Below are positions 58,641 through 64,000 of a stretch of 64,000 bases of DNA, piece after piece; within the stretch, counting starts at the first letter, position 1, and the number at the start of each line of letters is the position of its first letter. Origin of the DNA: Octopus vulgaris (lineage: Eukaryota); assembly GCA_951406725.2 (NCBI GenBank), contig OX597814.1, positions 32,426,001 to 32,490,000 on the forward strand, in the 5' to 3' direction. The position numbers and the translations under genes are program-made. The notes below the pieces were generated by a model, which was not told the origin of the DNA, made no database searches, and saw only the letters and a program-made list of their open reading frames with translations.

Positions 58641-58735
58641 CTTGTTTTATTTCTATTCCTGAGCGCCATACTAATACACTGTTTGTTTGTATTCCACATG
58701 CCTTCGTCTTTTGTTTATTTTCGTAAACCTTCCCG

Positions 58736-58783
<48 letters not shown>

Positions 58784-59428
58784 TAGAAATTGGATATTCT
58801 ACAGTGTTACTGATTAAGATAGTTAATTATTTGATCGACAGTAGGCGAAGTCAAAAGATAAGTCACTTGTCAGAGGAGTAATAATATACGCGAGAAAGAA
58901 ATTGCGAAATTTTCGTAAGATATTTGACTCGACTTAAGCAGTTTTCCTTTCTGTGAGCGATGCACTGGAGCAGAGTAGTGACCATTTTAAAAGGCAAACT
59001 GCGTGTGTATGTATGTGAGTTTGTTTGTTTGTTTGTTTGTGCGTGCGTATGTGTGTGTGTTTGTGTAGTGAAATGCATGTGCGTGTTGAAGTATTCATGT
59101 AGTGCCTATAGCGTAGGGCGAGCACTTATGTATAAGGAATGCAGTTGAATGCCTGTAATTATATGTCTATTAGTGTTTAAGCAGTTATGCTCATGTGTGT
59201 GTGTGCGTGTATAACTGTGTGTGTTAGAATGTGTGTATTTGGGTACGTATGTCTAGTGGTGTATGTATATGAGGTGAAATCCGTGCGCCTGTCCTATAGT
59301 CGTATATGTGTTGTACATCCTGTAGTAAGTCATATGTACTAAAGTTTAAATTGGAGTATGTGTAGTGTATGTGTAGTTACGACTGCAGTGATGACAGTTT
59401 AGTGGTGTATGCGACACCATTTTGGATA

Positions 59429-59738
59429 TAGACCTTCTCGACTTACGACCGTGTTCGTTCCGACTGTCAGGTCGGAAGTCGATTTGGTGATATATCGGAT
59501 TTATATCTTTGAATACTATTCAAATGTAACTTATGCTTAAAAGCGACTGAGCCCGAGACATTGGCTGGCAGTGGATGCTTGGGTCTACAGGAGGCCCTCG
59601 TTGCCCGATGCTGCCATAGTTATCGTATTCGCAGCTGTCCAACGTCAGAAAATCGATTTTTTATTAATATATTTTTTTTTATTTCCTTATTTTTTGTGGT
59701 CGTAAGTGCGACTGGTCGTAAGTCGAAGAGAAGGTGTA
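59429..59738. mobile_element. pogo/Tigger-like MITE
   Basis: Inverted ends TAGACCTTCTCGACTTACGACC / GGTCGTAAGTCGAAGAGAAGGTGTA, with subterminal GTCGTAAGT repeats. Confidence 0.7.
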
Positions 59739-60145
59739 TCCTCAGATTTTCAATTAAGATGGCTGCCAAATAGTTACTACATTATTCTGTTTCTCCAGTA
59801 ACTTCTCTTAAACAAGCTCTGTCATCTTAGCTTTCCTCATATTATATGTATTTATCAGATTATATGAAATCCAACTAGAATTTAATATACAACAGCATCA
59901 CTATAACCAGACTGAGTTAAATACCAGTTATGTAAGTAACCCCTCAACTCCTACCAAGTCTCTACCTTATGCAAAAATAGAAACTGAGACGATATACTCA
60001 GATATGTATGTCTGAGCATATGTATATTATGGTGGTTATATGTAGGGAAACATTTTCCGCCTCGTAATTTCACAATTTCTTACCACTTTTCACTACTTTT
60101 CAATTTAAGGCCTATAGAATCAAGGAGTCTCTTTCTTCCACACAT

Positions 60146-60308
60146 TCAGCTTACTCTCTCTCTCTCTCTTTCTCTCTCTCCGCTACCTCTCTCCTATCTT
60201 TCCTTCTCTCTCTTTTTTCTGTTCTATTCTCAGCTTACTCTCTCTTTCTCTCTCTCCGCTACCTCTCTCCTATCTTTCCTTCTCTCTCTTTTTTTCTGTT
60301 CTATTCTG
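60146..60308. repeat. Tandem duplication, 2 x about 80 bp pyrimidine-rich unit
   Basis: TCAGCTTACTCTC..CGCTACC..GTTCTATTCT occurs twice. Confidence 0.85.
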
Positions 60309-61031
60309 ATGATCGTTTTGGAATGTGATCTTCCTCAAAGAAAAATGTGTCAAAGAAAAACAAGTAACATAGAAGAGAAATATGGAGAAGAGAGGAAAAG
60401 TGGGAAAGTCAATTTAACTTTTTAGCATTAATTTGTTTTCACATTTCCCTTTTGTGAAGCAACCACACTAATAAGATTTTGCAAATGAGAGGTGACATGT
60501 ACATCAACCAGCCATGAGAGCGATACATAATGGAGCTAATAACTGACCCTATCGATCAAGGATTAACTTTTTTTCTTTTTCTTTTAAATATTTAACACGC
60601 AAATGGTTGATACAATACAATAATCCACTGAAATAGAGCAGATTAAGAAAGAAAGTTAATCTCTCCACTACTGTGATCTGCCCTGGGGGTAACAAAAGGC
60701 TCAGTCAAGCTAGTGTAGATTTAAGGTCAAATCCATTCGGTACCTCAGTAACTTAGTATTACTGTTCTTATTATTATTGTTACTGAGAATGCTTGATTGT
60801 CAGTATTATAGAAGAATCGAGTAAAATCACCTTGCAGTAATTATTGCAGTTTCATATGTTGAAAGTTCAAATCCTGTCAAGATAAACTTCCCTTTTGTCC
60901 TTCCAAGGTCATTAAAATTAAGCACCAATCAAGTACAGGGGTTCGATTTAACCGACTCACTTCTACCCTCAATCTGAATCCTTGTGCCTGTACTGGAGAA
61001 TATTATTATTATTGAGGTTGGCAGTATCGCT

Positions 61032-61249
61032 GTTGTTATTGTTGTTGTTGTTTCAGCAACAAGACTGGTAAGGGTGATTAGGTGATGGTCTAGGGCTTAG
61101 GGGCGGGAGACCCCAGACCTTGGAAAAAGAAAAAAAACTTTGGTCGTCTTGTTGTAGTCGAGGGCTCTTCGTTGACGCCCAACACCACTGGGAGGTGGCC
61201 CTCGAAGTCACTGGAAATGGAGATCTCCAGGTCCAAATTCTTGGACGGC
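61032..61249 (-). mobile_element. 5'-truncated retroposed fragment with a (CAA)n tail and 12-bp TSD
   Basis: GGCAGTATCGCT at 61020-61031 and 61250-61261, with a (TTG)n tail on the left. Confidence 0.7.
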
Positions 61250-61445
61250 GGCAGTATCGCTAGAAGTCGGTACCCCAGCATGGCCGCAGTTCAATGACTG
61301 AAGCAAGTAAAAGATGAAGGAATAATGACAGCTGTTTCTAACTGAAACAATGACTGAAGCAAATTGGTTTTTATTGGAAATTTACGATTATTGCCATTGT
61401 TTTATGCTATCCGTATTACATCTGTTGCTGTTAATATACACTTAA

Positions 61446-61786
61446 GGGTAAAGACCCCCTTCGGTCATGAATGACCATGGGATTGCACCTAGAAAGTTAC
61501 CCTCCTAGACACAAGTCCGGACAAGGTTGTTTATGGAAGACCAGCAGTCGCCCATGCATACCAGCCTCCCCTCTCCACGCCACCAGTGTTATCCAAGGGA
61601 AAGACAAAGGTCGATACAGCTTGGCACGAGTGACGTCGCAACTCATTTCTACAGCTGAGTGAACTGGAGCAACGTGAAATAAAGTGCCTTGCTCAAGAAC
61701 ACAACACGCAGCCCGGTCTGGGATTCGAGCTCACAACCTCACGATCGTAAGCTCGATGCTCTAACCACTGAGCCATGCGCCTTCAC
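61446..61786 (-). mobile_element. Full-length tRNA/CORE-like SINE (family D) with a perfect 15-bp TSD
   Basis: Head TGGCTCAGTGGTTAGAGC..GAGCTCGAATCCC and CORE-like GTGTTCTTGAGCAAGGCACTT. The TSD TTAATATACACTTAA lies at 61431-61445 and 61787-61801. Confidence 0.9.
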
Positions 61787-62923
61787 TTAATATACACTTA
61801 ATCATGTAATAATTACCGATACTTTTTATGTTTGTTTGTGTTAATATTCATCTCTAAAAGGTTGATCGAATGGCTGAATCGGTAAAGTAAAAGACAAGCT
61901 TTCTTTCTGAATTGGTTTACGTCTTTTTGTTTTCTAATTGTTAACCCCACGAAGACCGGCTTTTCTATTTTCTTTTGTTATTCTTCTAGAGTCGATAAAA
62001 TAAAGTACCAGTGTACCAGTCAAGTACCGGCGTCTCTTCGATTAAGTACTTTCTCTCCCAGTTTGTGACTCTATGAATCTGGAATCAATAAAACCAGCAG
62101 CAATACTAATTGTAATTGTTGCTTAACACAAAGGTAGCTTTGTTCAAGCTAACATGTGAAGTAAGACGTTACAGTCGTGACAATTACACCACGTATTGTT
62201 TCAAGGACTTCGTTATTTCGTCGCTCCTATTTTTAGACGATGAGTTTAGACAGATTTGCTTGCTGTTTACATCGCCTATCTAGAAGCATGCTAGTGGATT
62301 TGTTTAGCAAGTAATAGAGCGACGATGTACAGAATCGGTAGAGCTTTAGATACAACAGCTTATCGTATTCTGCTACCTTCTGAGTTCAAATTCTGACAGA
62401 AGAGCGTATGCCAGCCTTCTTTCAATGGTCGATAAAATATGTAGCTGATAAGTGTTGCACACGAGAGTAGTTCGATTCCCACGGCGTTCGATTTTCAAAG
62501 CCCCTGAATTCATTCTATGCTGTGTTAACACGGCTGGAGGTTCGTCCTATGGCGAAGATATCCGAGTACTGCGGTTTGTCGATTCTGCATCGATATTTTC
62601 TCTCTGTACGTGAGAGGCGATGATACAACTTTTGAATTTTGGGAGGAATTAGAACGGAAAGAGCCGAAATAAACACGGCAAGTCTGATGTTCCTATAATT
62701 CTGCTGAAACGGATAAATGAGGAAGCCTTTACATGGTCATTTATTATACTAGAAATAGAAGCTAACCAACCTCCAAATTACACCGTAATGCTTCTCAGAT
62801 ATATATTTTAAATAAATGGATATGTTGGATCAGAATGTTGCCATAAATATATACATGAAAAGGAATAATGCTCCTTACTGAAATACTTCCGATAGCAGAT
62901 CTAGCCTGTGGCTAAAAAATACC

Positions 62924-63156
62924 TATTTCTTTACTACTCACAAGAGGCTAAATACAGAGATGACAAACGAGGACAGACAAACGGATTAAGTCGATTATAT
63001 CGACCCCAGTGCGTAACTGGTACTTATTTAATCGACCCCGAAAGGATGAAAGGCAAAGTCGACCTCGGCGGAATTTGAACTCAGAACGTAACGGCAGACG
63101 AAATACCGCTAATCCTTTCGCCCGGCGTGCTAACGTTTCTGCCAGCTCGCCGCCTT
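62924..63156 (-). mobile_element. SINE family B young copy with target-site duplication
   Basis: Flanked by CCTGTGGCTAAAAAATACC (62905-62923) and CCTTTGGCTAAAAAGTACC (63157-63175). Confidence 0.85.
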
Positions 63157-64000
63157 CCTTTGGCTAAAAAGTACCCTCAAAACTATAAAACACTGTCATG
63201 GCAAATGAATTCCCAGTAAATGCATCATTGTCTCTTTTTCTCATTTCTATTTCCTTTTATAAAAGAAATCAATAACACATGTAGTTTCAGTCTTCATAGA
63301 TACTTCTAGGACAAAAATTAAGTCGAAAGAGAGTGAGAAATGGTGAGAGTGAGAAGTCATAACGATATCAGAATGCTTGGCAAGATAAATATAAAACTAA
63401 AAAAATTGATTCTTCATATATTTTTCTATTTTTCTTTTTCTTATACTGTTGTAGTTATTGTTTTGGTTGCTGCTGAAGATAACGTTTACCAGAGTCATTA
63501 GTATTACAGTGAATGGAATATATTGATTTCTAGTGCAACGTACAGGGTTACATATTTTCATGTAGGGGTATAATTGCCTGAAAAACTGAAGATTAGCAAA
63601 GTCGTTCGAATATCGGACAGAATGACCGGTGTTGCTCGATCTAGTGTTCTGAGTTCAAAACTTGCCGAAGTCAACTTCGCTTTTCATCCTTCTGAGTTCG
63701 ATAAATAAAGTAGCAACAACACCGGAGGCCGACTCTTTCTCTTCCCCTCTCTCCTCTCTCTCTCTCCCTCTCTCTCTCCTTCTTTCTCTATCTTTCTCTG
63801 TTACTCCACTCTCTCTATCTATCTCTCACCCTCCCTCTCACATCGGCTAATGTTGTGCCATGAGACGGGTAATCAGAAGCCGTTCACAGCAGAGTTACCT
63901 TTTATATAAGATTGTAATGGGTTGAGTAAAGGGTTAAGAGCCCTTCTATCGAGGGAAAAAAGAATTAACTGATATATTGCTGGAATAGAAATTAAAATGA

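Larger units (their letters stand above)
58309..58737. mobile_element. Two Penelope-like terminal repeat fragments (58309-58515 minus, 58540-58737 plus) in one (TA)n array
   Basis: Each unique segment is bounded by (TA)n and carries a hammerhead motif. Confidence 0.55.

Noticed and set aside
61710-61786. tRNA-like sequences at SINE heads
   Set aside because: They continue into SINE bodies with TSDs and are not standalone tRNA genes.

Overview
Very AT-rich, microsatellite-dense eukaryotic (animal) genomic DNA. The (TA)n/(CA)n/(TATG)n/(GATA)n density and the SINE families resemble an octopus/coleoid cephalopod genome (inference). Almost all ORFs in the supplied track are microsatellite artefacts. 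The one clear gene segment is a large + strand exon (about 21012-23211) of a KCTD1/KCTD15/Tiwaz-like BTB/POZ gene: about 680 codons of stop-free low-complexity sequence followed by the start of the BTB domain. A plausible phase-compatible upstream exon lies at 10173-10249, and the next BTB exon is not recognisable in the following 40 kb. The rest is intron/intergenic DNA containing at least four tRNA-derived SINE families, three MITEs (mariner-, hAT- and pogo-like), a decayed RTE LINE and an R4/Dong-like LINE end in a (TAA)n array. The most notable hidden feature is a set of short Penelope-type repeats next to (TA)n tracts that carry minimal type I hammerhead ribozyme motifs. Family names come from recalled consensus motifs, not database searches.
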